NCBI RefSeq assembly: GCF_006345805.1
Contig: NC_043012.1
Coordinates: 32,736,001 to 32,800,000, forward strand
Reading direction: 5' to 3'
DNA length: 64,000 bases
Source of the DNA: Octopus sinensis
Taxonomy: Eukaryota
Below the pieces are notes generated by a model. That model searched no databases. It worked only from the letters and a program-made list of their open reading frames with translations, and had not been told where the DNA came from. Shown piece by piece: positions 37,910 through 50,950 of this stretch (positions within the stretch are counted from its first letter, which is position 1; every line of letters starts with the position of its first letter). A program made the position numbers and the translations under genes.

Positions 37910-38530
37910 CAGGGTGTGGTGAATAAATGGTCGTCTAAATTATGCAAAAATGAAAATAACACTAACATCTCATTTTAACAGATATATTTACCAAAATTAC
38001 ATAAAATTGCCATTGGCTTCAACCACGGCCTCCAGACGACTTCAGAATCGCTTGCATCTCTTCTGGATGTTCTCCTTGTTTAAGTTGGTGAATGCTGACG
38101 TAATCCTTGCCTTCAGTTCATCTTTGTGTTACAAGGAATTTTGTTGGTCTCTCGCTCAGCTGTGGCCTGCACATAATAATCAAGGGGGCTATGATGCAGA
38201 GTCCTGTTGCTAGACATAGGGTCTTCCAGCAGCCACCCTCTTGACCCAGAGCAGCACTTATCTCCTCCAGGCACTTGATGTAGACCTCTATGTGAAACTG
38301 AGGCCGTGTGGGAAAATGAATAGAGGCATAACGTCCCCATCACTAGTGATCACTCCAAACGCCATGATGTTGACTGGATGTTTGATTTTTATCACTCTTG
38401 GTACATGTTTTGGGGACTCAAATTGACACCCAACACTCTGAAATGTTCATATTGGAGTTTCCAGCACAAATGCCAAGCAGCATAGCATGTTGTTCTGATA
38501 TTTCTGGCAGAGTGAATTGCATCATGGTGC
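37910..38530 (-). mobile_element. Tc1/mariner (maT-like) relic with terminus TA|CAGGGTG
   Basis: KHPVNIMAFGVITSDGDVMPLFIFPHG..YIKCLEE, with an internal deletion. Confidence 0.8.
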
Positions 38531-38561
<31 letters not shown>

Positions 38562-38904
38562 TAAATGGCGGTGCCCCAGCATGGCCACAGCTCATAAGCT
38601 GAAACTGGAAAAATCAAAATCAAATCAAATATGATTTTTTACCATGCTGAAGTATTAATCCCTACACATTTTTTTTCTGTTCATTCTTTTTCATTCTCCT
38701 TTTTTTCCATTCTCCTTTTTTTCTTCTTCTTAATCCTTTCTATCAAAGAGCATAGGCTCGAAATGTAAAAAAAAAACTTTTACATTCTTCTCAAGCATTA
38801 AACTAATACACCTGCTTGTTGTTACTACACCTGTCTTCATCTTTTCTTTTCTGTAAATTTGAACTATATATACATATATATGTAAATATATTGTTTATTT
38901 AGGG

Positions 38905-39028
38905 ATGGGCATGGTTAAGACATTCACCTCCCAACTACATGGCATCTTGGGAAAGTGTCTTGTATAACCTCAGGCTGACCAAACCTTGTGAGTGGATTTG
39001 ATAGATGGAAACTGAAAGAAGCCCGTCA
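38905..39028 (+). mobile_element. Family B SINE, 5' part
   Basis: CCTTGTGAGTGGATTTG..GAAACTGAAAGAAGCCCGTC. Confidence 0.65.
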
Positions 39029-39479
39029 TGTGTGTATGAAATGAATGTCTAACTCATCAGAGAATACATTAGAAAACAGCTAGTGAAGTTGTTTGTAGCG
39101 AAAGCTGAAATTATTAGCTACTATAAAATATTTTCACAAAATAGAATTCCTTGGAAACAGTTTTTATTCTGCATGGAAACAATAAGAACTTTCTTTCTAT
39201 TCTCTCAATTCCTAATCTAGTGATTTTCTATGAAGAAAAGAATTTCCTCCAGACTGTAATTATTTCCATCTTTAATGAAATGTTGTATTTCATGAATGTT
39301 TATTATTAAGTCACAGATTATGTCATGCAAATATTTCTATAAAAGAATGAATTAGTGCTATATGTGATTATCAATGACTAGAAATTTTTAGAACAAAAAG
39401 AAAAACATTAAATGTGAGTTCAATCCATCTTTTTCCATATAATTCTGAAATTTTGATTTCAAATTTCTCACCCTGCTTG

Positions 39480-40935
39480 AACTATTGAGAAATGTTTATT
39501 TCCCGAGGGTTGACAACGAATTCTGGGTAGAAGTAGGGATTCATCAAGGATCAGTCCTCAGCCCCTCCATCTTGTTCATCATAGTCCTCCAGGCAATAAC
39601 AGAGGAATTCAAGACAGGATGCACCTGGGAGCTTCTCTATGCTGATGACCTTGCTCTAACAGCTGAGTCACTATCAGAACTAGAGGAAAAGTTCCAGGTG
39701 TAGAAGCAAGGTCTAGAATTTGAAGGGCTTTAGAGTCAGTCTAGCAAAAACCAAAGTCTTAATAAGTAGGAAGGCAGACAAATCACAAATCTCTTCAGGT
39801 AGATGGCCTGCTTGATCTGTAGGAAAGGTCTAGGTAGAAACTCTATAAGATGTACCCAGTGTAAGCTATGGACACACAAGAGGTGCTGCAATATCAAAGG
39901 AAGGTTAACTGGGAAGATAGCTTTTGTGTGTGGCAGATGCACAGGGGCAATAAACACCGAAGATGTTCAGAAAACAGCTTCCATCACATGCCAGGGGGAA
40001 AAACTAGAAGTAGTTGATAGCTTCCGTTACCCAGGTTGCCAAGTCAGTAGTGGGGGGTGGATGCTCTGAGAGCATAGCTGCTAGAATAAGAATAACCTGG
40101 GCCAAGTTCAGAGAGCTCCTACCTCTGCTGGTAACAAAGTGCTTCTTGCTCAGAGTGAAAGGTAGACTGTATATGATGCATGTGTGTGAACAGCTTTGTT
40201 ACATGGCAGTGAGACATAGGCTGTGACTGCTGAGGACATGCGTAGGTTTGAAAGAAATAAAGCTAATATACTCTGTTGGATGTGTAATGTCAGTGTGCAT
40301 ACACAACAGAGTGTAAGCACCCTGAGAGAAAAGTTGGACATAAGAAACATCAAATGTGGTGTGCAGGAGAGACAACTGTGCTGGTATGGTCATGTGTTGC
40401 ATATGGAAGAGGACAGCCACATGAAAAAGTATCACACCCTAACATTGGAGGGAACCTGTAGAAGAGGTAGACCCAGAAAGACATGGGATGAGGTGGTGAA
40501 GCATGACCATTGAACATTGGGGCTCACAGAGGCAATGACAAGCAACCAAGATCTTTGGAGATATGCTGTGAGATTGTAGCTGTGGCCAATGCCAGTGTCG
40601 CATAACCAGTCCATTTAAAAGTACCCTTCAATTGTCAGGCAATATGTTGTGCTTGAGAAGACCTGTTGAGTCAAGTGAAATTATAGTCATGGCCAATGCC
40701 ACTTGACTGGCACGTAAAAAGCACCATTTGAGTGTGGCTGATGCCAGTGCCACCTGATTGGATCCCATGCTGGTGGCATGTAAAAATCACCCACTACACT
40801 CTTGGAGTGATTGACATTAGGAAGGGCATCCAGCTGTAGAAACCTTGCCAAATCAGATAGGAGACTGGTGCAGCCATCTGGCTTGCCAGTCCTCAGTGAA
40901 ACTGTCCAAAGTGGATGTTAAGCGATGATGATGAT
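39480..40935 (+). mobile_element. 5'-truncated RTE-clade LINE (RT domain to 3' UTR with (GAT)n tail), frameshifted
   Basis: GIHQGSVLSP..WELLYADDLAL, then WAKFRELLPLL, then WYGHVLHM..GRPRKTWDEVVK. The 3' UTR ends GTTAAGCGATGATGATGAT. Confidence 0.9.
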
Positions 40936-41699
40936 GTGTGTGTGTGTGTGAGTGACTGAGTTTGTATTTCTCAAGTTCACACTTTCGTTTGTTGGTTTGT
41001 GAAGAATGGCTTCTCTAATAACAGTGTCACTATTAAAGTATATCCTGCCTTCTTGCCAGATGTACAATCTTTGTAAGCAAAACGCTTATTTCATGTCCTT
41101 TGTTTCCTGTTCTCCACATAAATATATCTGGGCTGTTTGTTGTTTAGTAGACTGTGAGGTTATTACCTCATTTGGCATCAGGAAGGGCAACCAGATGTGA
41201 AAAACTCTTCCCCAGCATACTCTTGTGTGACCCATGCAATCAAGGAAAAGTAGACATTAAAAGGATACTACTGATACTCCAGAGCAATGATGTGGTCAGT
41301 TCCATTTAAGCATCCCATTTTGACAAAGTGGGTGGGAGACATAACTGATTGCATATACATCATTGACTTCATTTACAAGAACTTAATGGCTGTCAAGTGT
41401 GCTCATGTGTGTGCTTGAGCGCTCTTAATAGCCATTCTCCTCTCTTATGCTGGCGTTGATCAAAGCCAGATTATAATTTAAGTCAATGGTGTATGTACAT
41501 CCTATTCCTCCTCTTTCCCCATCATCATCAGGATGGTGGTGTCAAAATCCGTTGTTCATTGTTATTTTATCTGAGTGACCACCTACAATGCAGAAGAACT
41601 CAGACAGAGAGAGCAGTAGTTACCCAGTGTAACAGGCCACTAGATCAACCTATTGAACTACTGCTGTCTATGTCTGTATCGTGTACTTATATTCATTAC

Positions 41700-41892
41700 T
41701 GGCCCCTGTACCAGTGGCACGTAAAAAGCACCCACTACACTCAAGGAGTGGTTGGCGTTAGGAAGGGCATCCGCTGTAGAAACATTGCCAGATCAGACTG
41801 GGCCTGGTGCAGCCTCCTGGCTTCCCAGACCCCCTTTCGAACCGTCCAACCCATGCTAGCATGGAAAACGGACATTAAACGATGATGATAAT
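41700..41892 (+). mobile_element. Family C copy
   Basis: Same consensus as other family C copies. Confidence 0.85.
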
Positions 41893-42029
41893 GATATGCA
41901 CATACACACGCAATAATACATGTGAGTACATCACTACATATATGCACATACACAATAATACATGTCAGACCATCTCTATGGTCATCTGTATAATGAAAGC
42001 AATATGAGATATCAAATTGTTGGACAGAA

Positions 42030-44575
42030 TCATAAAAGTTATGGAAAGAATTATAGACCATTTTATTAGGAAAATTAAACTAGATGAGATGTACTTTAGT
42101 TTTATGCCAAGGTGAGGTGTTACTGATGCCCTCTTGTAAATCAACTGCTAAAAATGAACCATTGAACTTGGCATTTGTTGATCTGGAGAAAGCTTTCACT
42201 CACTAACCTGGTAATCCCTGAGAAAGCTATGGGTAGATGAAGAGCTTGTGGTAGCCATAGAAGCTATGTACAGAGGTGCTGTTGATAAGAATCTAGTGTA
42301 CGAATAAGTGTTCAGTTCTCAGTCTCCTATTTATCTTAGTTCTCCAGACCATATCAGAACAATTCAAGACTGGTTGCCTTTGGGAACCACTATATGCTGA
42401 TGGCCTTGTTCTTAGTGCAGAATCTATAGTAAAATTAGAAAAGAATTTCCAGGTGTGGAAGCAAAACCTGGAAGGAAAGCATTTTTAAGTAAACTTAGCA
42501 AAGACCCAAGTTCTAGTAATCAGGCAAACTGACAAGTCTCTACTCCTATCAAGAAAATAGCCCTGTTTGAAATGTAGTAGTAATGTAAGTAGAAATTCCA
42601 CATGGTGTACTCAATGCAAACTATGGCCATATAAGAGGTGTAGTGGAATCATAGAAAGCTTAACTGAGAAAGTAAAATTTCTTTGTGCTTGTGGTAGAAG
42701 TGCGGGGGTGGGGCAATAAACACTAAGAATACACAGGAAATAGATTTTCTTAAATGGTCAGGAGGTCCCCAAGATGTAGTAGATAGCTTTTGTTATTTAC
42801 GTGACCTACTTAGCAGTGGAGGGGAATGTTCTGAAAGTATCATTGCTAAAATAAGAACAGGATGGAGAAAGTTCAAGAGCTGTTACCTCTGTTAGCAACA
42901 GTCTCTCTCCCTCTGAGAGAAAGGAAGATTGTATGATGCTTGTGTATGAACAGCAATGCTACATGGTGGTGAGACATGGGCCTCAATTGCAAATGCAGTT
43001 GGTATGTTCTGTTGAATCTGTGACATCAGTGGGCATGTACAACAAATACAAATATGTTGAGAGAAATATTGGGCATAAGAGGAATCAGATGTAGTGTACT
43101 AGAGAGAAGACTACAATAGTTTTGTCGTGATGCATATGGATGAGGACAGCTGCTGTCCTCATCCTTATTCAAGTGTTGTTTGCTAAATGTGGATGGAACT
43201 TGTAGAAGAGGAAGACCCAAGTAAACAGGATGATCTGGTGAAGACTTATATCAAGATGCTGAAGGCGGCGAGCTGGCAGAAACAGTAGCACGCCGGGCGA
43301 AATGCATAGCCGTATTTCATCTGTCGTTATGTTCCGTGGTCAACTTTGCCTTTCATCTTTTCGTGGTCGATAAATTAAGTACCAGTTACGCACTGAGGTC
43401 GATGTAATTGACTTAATCCCTTTGTCTGTCCTTGTTTGTCCCCTCTGTGTTTAGCCCCTTGTGCGTAGTAAAAGAAAAAATATATATATATCAAGATGCT
43501 GAGTGTCATAAAGATGACACAAGATAGATGAAAACAAGGTCCTAAAAGCATTATATTTATCTCACTGCCCTTGTCCCCACTGTCCCCATCAAACCTTTCC
43601 CACCTCTCATCTTCCTAACATCCACCCTTCTAACTTTGCCACTATTCAGCTGCTATAAGTATTAGAGCAGGACATGCACATATTTCATCCCCCTTTCCTG
43701 GGAACCACTTTTGAAATTCATCCCTTCCTGTTTTATTATTTACCACTGATCACCCTTTTCTGTTATTCTCATCACTTTGGCATATCTGTTGTCAGTGACC
43801 TCCTCCCAAACTTTGTCCCCCACCCCCACTCCACTATAATAATTTCTACATACCTATGACACCCATCTTTGTTACTGTGTCTCTCCCAATTGCACATCTA
43901 CAAATTTTCAAATCTGCCTCCAAGTTTATTATACTGCTGCTCTCCTTTTTGCACTGCCACTCGTCACCTCCTTCATCCCGATCCACCCTTATTCTTTAAT
44001 CACCCCAAACCATCCATGTGTGCTATACTGATATATTTATCACTGATCACACCCTATCCTTATACTATTCACTTCTTCATACATCACTGACCTCTGTCAC
44101 TCTCACATTGTGATTAATTTGTGCACCCACCCCTTCCCAATTCTTTATATTTTCTCTCATACTCACCTTCTTATATCTTGCCAGGATACTTTAATACCTT
44201 CTCACCACTCTGTCTTCTTTTCCACCCACTCTTATATAACATAGCAATGACCTTCCTCTCTAGCAAGACACCTATGCCTGTTTCTCTATCATACTTTAAC
44301 TTCTCGACACCTGGCATAAAGCCACCTTCCTTTCTACTACAACCCCATTCATATGAGGGTCTTTTCTTTGTTTCGAAAATTACTTTGCAACCACACAAGT
44401 ACCAATGGCTTGAAAAAGCCCCTGATACACTGTAAAGCGGTTGGCATTGGGAATGGCATCCAGTTGTAGAAACTATGCCAAAACAGACATTGGAATTCAA
44501 TGCAGTCCTGCTCATTGGATCCTGTCAAACTGTCCACTCCATGCCAGCTTTTAAGATAGATGTTAAATGATATGA
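42030..44575 (+). mobile_element. Older RTE-clade LINE: decayed RT, pyrimidine-rich 3' UTR and shared 3' end
   Basis: LAFVDLEKAF-like and LYAD-like RT motifs, a GRP-region remnant near 43210, a CT-rich tract at 43560-44340, then the AATGGCATCCAG..GATATG tail. The link between parts is inferred. Confidence 0.65.
43263..43486 (+). mobile_element. Family A SINE inserted in an RTE, 16 bp target site duplication
   Basis: TATATCAAGATGCTGA at 43247-43262 and 43487-43502. Confidence 0.9.
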
Positions 44576-45317
44576 AGGTGATATATAACCATTGTAGAAG
44601 ACACTTTCTGTATTTTTCTCAACCCAAATTCTCTTTTACACATCTATATTTGTGCCTTCATTCTAATGTTGCATTACAGCTGTTGACCTCCAATAAATGT
44701 ATAAGTAATTTTACATTTAGAGTTTTGTTAATTATTGACAGGATTTTCTTTCCAAAGAAGCACAACCCATAAATAGTTTTGTTACTTTACCTTTCTCTAT
44801 TCCACAAAACTTATTTTATTTAAGTTTAGGTCATGTTTTTGTGCTCCAGTGACAGCTGCAAATAGTTGTATTTGTATGCTGTAATTAGATAAGTTCTGGT
44901 TTTTTATTGCTTTAATTTAAACTGGCACAATTATAATGTTACCAACTGTCATGGTAGCACTTCTACAATTTTTGTAGTTTTTAACTTACTCTTTTCTTCA
45001 GTAAGTAATTTTGTTCAAGAAATGCTAAAAGTAAATAATTGATGATTATAGTCTGTCATGTAGGAAAATTCATAATTTAGAAAATCATTAACTCTAGCCA
45101 ACTTATTTCAGTTGAAAAATTTTTAAGTAGAAATTTGAGTTTCATAATTTGTTGGAAAGCTGATAGAAACTGAAGACTAAGAAAGTAACCATACCACATG
45201 TTCAAGTTTCTGTTTTCTGATTTGTAGCTTAACCATTAATCATTATTTCATATGTTGAAAGCAATTATAATGATAATGTTGATAAGGAGATATTTTCCAC
45301 ATAAGGTGTTTAACCTT

Positions 45318-45609
45318 TTTTGATTTGGTTTGCAAGATTCTTTATATGAGTTTGTGTGTTGAAGCATATTCTATTGTCTGGGGAGAGTCATTTTCTTTTT
45401 GTGCCTTATTATGTAACATACTCACCGGTAAAATTTCCACTTTTTTCTTATTTTTATTTTCCTAAAACTATTGAAAAGGTTGCAAGACGCAACGAAAATT
45501 TTAGGAAAATAAAAATAAGAAAAAAGTGGAAATTTTACCAGTGAGTGTGTTACATAATAAGGCACAAAAAGAAAATTACTTTCCCTAGACACAATAGAAT
45601 GTGTTTAAC
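45318..45609. repeat. Inverted doublet of family F forming a ~110 bp-arm foldback
   Basis: Arms 45358-45467 and 45499-45609. Confidence 0.85.
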
Positions 45610-45667
45610 CCTTTAGTATTTAATGTGGCCATATCCACCCAAAATTTCCTACCTGTTCTATGTTCAA

Positions 45668-46010
45668 ACTGGCCAGATGGTTCCAGGATCATTCCCACTG
45701 CGTGGCACCTTGGGCAAGTGTCTTCTACTATAGCCTCAGGCCGACCAAAGCCTTGTGAGGTGATTTGGTAGACGGAAACTGAAAGAAGCCCATCGTGTAT
45801 ATGTATATATGTATGTGTCTGTCCTCCCAACATTGCTTGACAACCGATGCTGGTGTGCTTACATCCCCTGTAACTTAGCGGTTCGGCAAAAGAGACCGAT
45901 AGAATAAGTACTAGGCTTGTAAAGAATAAGTCCTGGGGTCGATTTGCTCGACTAAAGGCGGTGCTCCAGCATGGCCACAGTCAAATGACTGAAGCAAGTA
46001 AACGAGTAAA
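45668..46010 (+). mobile_element. Family B SINE, well preserved
   Basis: CACTGCGTGGCACCTTGGGCAAGTGTCTTCTACTATAGCCTC..GACTGAAGCAAG. Confidence 0.85.
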
Positions 46011-46465
46011 GTGGTTTGTGCTTAAACACAAGTCTATAACTTATAAATGAAAATTCATTTAATTAAACTATACTTTATTGAAATTTTGAGCACTTATTCA
46101 TGAAACTATATATAGAAATCTTGATGTTTATTGTTTTATCCTGGATATTAAGAGATGTCAATGTAAAGAGTTTGGATATAAAGAATTGTTTTGTTTTTGA
46201 GACTCCATTACGCTATCCAGTTAATATCAACAGCTAAATTCTTAGGAATAAAAGTATGGTTGCTATGCTTCTATTCCAAGATGTTTCTTAATTTTTTCCC
46301 TAAGTTAAATAGCTATTGTGTTTGCTGCTGACATTTTGTATCACAAACAATTAGTTGCTGTGTAGGAGACAGAAACTGATAGATGTGGAAAGTCCAGTGG
46401 ACATTTAAAGCATTTTGTATAGTTGCTAAAGTAAAAGCTTTTGTTTTATAGCTTATACTGTTTTA

Positions 46466-46670
46466 ATTACGGAGATGTACTTGCATAGCAAGTGACTTGA
46501 TCTGGGATTGTGTGCTGGAACGTAAACAATTGCAGCATGGAAGGTGTTTATAAGCCATTTAAGAAACACACAAAACCGTTAGATTCACTTCAACATTTAA
46601 ATTTAATTTGTCAAAATATTTTCGTCACCTTGAGACCGAGACCTGTTCACTGACAAAGCTTCGTGCTGCA
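46466..46670 (-). mobile_element. Repeat family X copy with a hammerhead-like fold (variant core)
   Basis: High similarity to 2107-2316. Minus strand of 46607-46657 reads UUUGUC-AGUGAACAG-GUC..GAC-GAAAAUAUUUU-GACAAA. Confidence 0.6.
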
Positions 46671-47215
46671 TCTGTTTTAATTATCCTTTAATTAATCTGT
46701 CTTATTTAACATACCTTACCAATTCTTCAATTTAAAAAAAGAGGAAAAAAGGGAGTTCCTGAGTGAATGTACCTCAATTGTCTTGGATTCCTTGATTTTT
46801 TTTCTAAAAACATAACATGTACAATTCTAAATGGTTAATCGATTTCTATTCTTGCCTTTTTGTATTGTATCTTAAATCCCTTTATTGACTTTGCTTTTAT
46901 TTTTTTCTTTCTTTCTTTTCTTTTTCCTTGTCTATAGAAATAATTTGTTTCGAAAATATTGATTTCAATGAATGAATGCTCCGATCATGTTCAAGCAGTT
47001 TACTGATTAGGAGCTGTTCTAAACATACACATTTGCACTTCTTTGTAAATAAGAGTCCTTTTTAGTCATTTGTGACAGCAATAATATGGATAATTGATGA
47101 AAAGGGTTAAAAAATATGTTGATTAAAAATGTTGAGAGTTAGCAAGAACAGGGTAGCCAGAGCAGAAAGAGAGGAAAGGAGAATTTTGAGCACAATCATG
47201 AGATCATAGTAAATT

Positions 47216-47610
47216 CATCATTGTTTAATGTCTGCTTTCCATGCTAGCATGGGTTGGACGTATGACTGAGGGCTGGCGAACCAGATGGCTGCACCAGGCT
47301 TCAATCTTGATCTGGCAGAGTTTCTACAGCTGGATGACCTTCCTAATGCCAACCACTCCGAGAGTGTAGTGGGTGCTTTTACGTGCCACCGGCATGGAGG
47401 CCAGATAGCTGCTCTGGCAACGATCAGGCTTTGATGGTGCTCTTAATACCCTACTAGCACGGGGCTGAAATGCCAGTAATGCAACGCTGGTAACGATCAC
47501 GCTCGAATGGTGTCTTTTATGTGCCACTGGCATGGAAGCTGGTTAGCCACTCTGTCAATGATCACACTCGTATGGTGCTCTTTGCACCCTGCTAGCACGA
47601 ACGCCAGTCA
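47216..47610 (-). mobile_element. Family C copy with about 4 tandem subrepeats
   Basis: Repeated GGTGCT/GTCTTTT..GTGCCAC units. Confidence 0.8.
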
Positions 47611-48024
47611 TTGAATTTGATTTTGAATTATGAAACAAAATTCTTGACAAGTTGACCTACCATGGAAAAGAGATGATGAAATGATTCATGATGCAAAACA
47701 TCTTTTCCAAAATCTAGATTATTGATCACTATATTTATTCATATTTCTATAATGCATATGCTTCTCTTCTTAAATAGCCATGGCTATTTAAATATCTAAA
47801 GGGTTTTTTTTTTTTTTTTGGAAAAAAAGATTAAAGGAATATTTCTGTGGTTTCTTTATTTTATTATGTTTTCTTCTCTTGTTATTAATTGCTTTTAACT
47901 TCTTTCAACTTATTTACTAACATTTTTTCATCCTCCTCCTTTACCTTTCTAACCTCTCCTACTAACACCATTACCCTGTTGTCTTACTATACTTTTTTAT
48001 ATTTATTTATTTTAACAAAGCCAC

Positions 48025-48181
48025 CAGGCATGGCTGTGTGGTAAGAAGCTTGCCTCCCAGCCACATGGTTTCAAGTTCAGTCCCACTGTGTGGCACCTTG
48101 GGCAAATGTCTTCTACTTTAGCCTTGGGCTGACCAAAGCCTTGTGAATGAATTTGGTATTCGGAAACTGATAGAAGCCCGT

Positions 48182-48221
<40 letters not shown>

Positions 48222-48735
48222 TATATAAATATATATACATTGCCAGATCAGACTGGGCCTGGTGCAGCCTCCATGGCTTACCAGACCCCGGTCGAACCGT
48301 CCAACCCATGCTAGCATGGAAAGCGGACGCTAAACGATGATGATATATATATAATCATCATCATCCGTTTTCCATGCTAGCATGGTTGGACGATCCAACC
48401 AGGGTCTGGGAAGCCAGGAGGCTGCACCAGGCTCCAGTCTGATCTGGCAATGTTTCTACGGCTGGATGCCCTTCCTAACACCAACCACTCCGTGAGTGTA
48501 GTGGGTGCCTTTTACGTGCCACCAGCACAGGGGATATATATATATATTTATGTGTCTTTGTGTCTGTTTTGGTGTCCCCCTCCCTCCCATAACTTAGTGG
48601 TTTGGCTAAATAGACCAATAGAGTAAGTACCAGATTTAAAATATAAGTCCTGGGGCTGATTCATTTGACTAAAATTTTAAGGCAGTGCCCCAGCATGGCC
48701 ACAGTCTAATGACTGAAAACAAGTCAAAGATAAAG
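48025..48735 (+). mobile_element. Family B SINE split by two RTE 3'-end insertions at its internal microsatellite
   Basis: 5' half at 48025-48185 and 3' half at 48560-48735. Confidence 0.75.
48240..48532. mobile_element. Two family C copies tail-to-tail (48240-48344 plus; 48356-48532 minus)
   Basis: About 100 bp inverted repeat around GATGAT-ATAT-CATCATC. Confidence 0.85.
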
Positions 48736-49028
48736 GTGATATTTTGAAGCGTTACAGTACATATCCTACCTTTGCCTGACTCAACTGGAAAGGTAAACAG
48801 ATTATCATTGAATAATTAGGATTGAGAAATAGACCCAAATATAAAAAGTACTTGGTCTTGCAATTTATGTGAGAATCAGTGAACACCTCTGTGGTTGTTT
48901 AACCTGCTAGAAATAGTTGTTAAATTTCCCTTATTTACCCTACCATCTTCAAAAATAAGAAAAGACATGTTGGTTAATCCGGTTCTGGATATAGAAAATA
49001 GTAGGGGGCATGGCTTGAATGCCTTTAA

Positions 49029-49440
49029 CCATTTTGTTACTGTATTTATTTTGAGATGTTCTGTGTTTCTCTCAATTATTTTAGATATAACAAAGAATTT
49101 AGTAAAGTAACTTAGTTATCATTAAGCTAGTGTTAGGAACATTAATTGTGACTAAAGTTTAGTGGAAGATTTTAATGACTATTGAAAAGGTTGCAAGACG
49201 CAACAAAAATTTTAGGAAAATGAAAATAAGAAATAAGTGGAAATTTTACTGGTGTGTGTGTGTTACATTATAAGGCACAAAAAGAAAATGACTCTCCCCA
49301 GACACAGCAGAACATGCTTCAACACACGAACTCACATAAAGAATCTTGCAAACCAAATCCCAAAACGAAATTATGAAAACAAGACATTGCTACTACAGAG
49401 CCAGAGCTGGTTGGTTTCAGCCAAGTTTGTAACAAAAGTG
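49029..49440. mobile_element. Second-family piggyBac-type MITE with a nested ~190 bp MITE (49179-49366)
   Basis: Flanks match 54238-54444 and the insert matches 14094-14279. Confidence 0.8.
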
Positions 49441-49887
49441 TTAATCTTCATTCTGTGCATCAGAGATGTTTTGGTGAACAACTTGCATGTGAACATCAGA
49501 ACAATTGCTGAATATAGAGTGTACTTGTGTTCCCCAATCCCTATGAAAACTCCTAAGTAGTTTAACTTGAAACACAAACGGTGTTCTAAATTCTCTCTCT
49601 CTCTCTCGGTGCATTTTTTAATCATATTGAAATACTTAAGCTGTATGAGAAAGAAATCCACTTTTGTGATATATCCTAAAAAACATAGCATTTGTGATAT
49701 ATTGCTAAAATTTTATATGTGTATGCATACATACATACATGCATGCAATCATACATATGTATATACAGACAGACAGACCAGAATAAAACTGTAGATTCAG
49801 TTTCATTAGTATATACTAGTATGCAATGCAGTAATTGTTACTAAAATGTTTTCATATCGAAATCGATCAAAAATCAATGGAAATTGT

Positions 49888-50208
49888 AGTTGGGATACCA
49901 GTGCCGGTGGCACATAGAAGAACCATCTGAATGTGGCCGTTGCCAGCACCGTCTTGACTGGCCTCCGTGCTGGTGGCATGTAAAAAGCACCAACCAATCG
50001 TGGCTGTTGCCAGCCTCGCCTGGCACCTGTGCCGGTGGCACGTAAAAAGCACCCACTACACTCAGAGTGGTTGGCATTAGGAAGGGCATCCAGCTGTAGA
50101 AACACTGCCAGATCAGACTGGGCCTGGTGCAGCCTCCTGGCTTCCCAGACCCCAGTCAAACCATCCAACCCATGCTAGCATGGAAAGCGGACGTTAAATG
50201 ATGATGAT
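49888..50208 (+). mobile_element. Family C copy with 3 subrepeats
   Basis: GTGCCGGTGGCAC-type hairpin units near 49902, 49968 and 50030. Confidence 0.85.
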
Positions 50209-50323
50209 GAATTCCCATATGTTCAATACCAGGTTGAAAGTTGAAGATACATGGATATACATGGAGTTCTAAACGAAGGCTAACTGTTTGTTATGCTACC
50301 TCATTTGATATAGCAATTTTTCA

Positions 50324-50351
<28 letters not shown>

Positions 50352-50354
<3 letters not shown>

Positions 50355-50648
50355 ATGGACTCTCCCATCGAAGACAATGTACGAGCATTCAACTTTTGCC
50401 AAACGACCAGCAAAAATCATTTGTTTATAGTGATCAACTGTTTGTGCTGCATATTAGCTCACTCTCTTCATTAAATTGATGTTGTCTGAATAGGTGCACT
50501 GTGTATCAGGTGTCAAGTGTCAAAGTGATTGCAGAGCAATGTGAGGTGAGGTGTTTTGCTCAAGAACACAATGCACCATCCGTTCTAGGAATTGAAATCG
50601 CAATCTAGTGATCGTGAATGCAACACCCTTACCACTAGGCCATGGGCC
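50352..50648 (-). mobile_element. tRNA-derived SINE (family E)
   Basis: Reverse complement of 58055-58332. Confidence 0.75.
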
Positions 50649-50654
50649 CTCAAA

Positions 50655-50950
50655 GCACCATCCGTACGTTGCCGATGCCAGCGCCGCCCTGACTGGCTTC
50701 CGTGTAGGTGGCACATAAAAACCACCAACCGATCATGGCCGTTGCCAGCCTCCCCTGGCACCTGTACCGGTGGCACGTAAAAGGCACCCACTACTCTCAC
50801 AGTGGTTGGCATAAGGAAGGGCATCCAGCTGTAGAAACACTGCCAGATCAGACTGGAGCCTGGTGCAACCTCCTGGCTTCCCAGACCCCGGTCGAACCGT
50901 CCAAGCCATGCTAACATGGAAAACAGATATTAAACGATGATGATGATGAT
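50655..50950 (+). mobile_element. Family C copy
   Basis: Same consensus as other family C copies. Confidence 0.85.

Noticed and set aside
39642-39648. CTGATGA hammerhead core
   Set aside because: It is the YADD codon stretch of the RTE reverse transcriptase, with no stem II or GAAA.
47380-47600. CRISPR-like repeat-spacer array
   Set aside because: Eukaryotic context, and the units are degenerate tandem subrepeats of the RTE 3' UTR rather than identical repeats with unique spacers.
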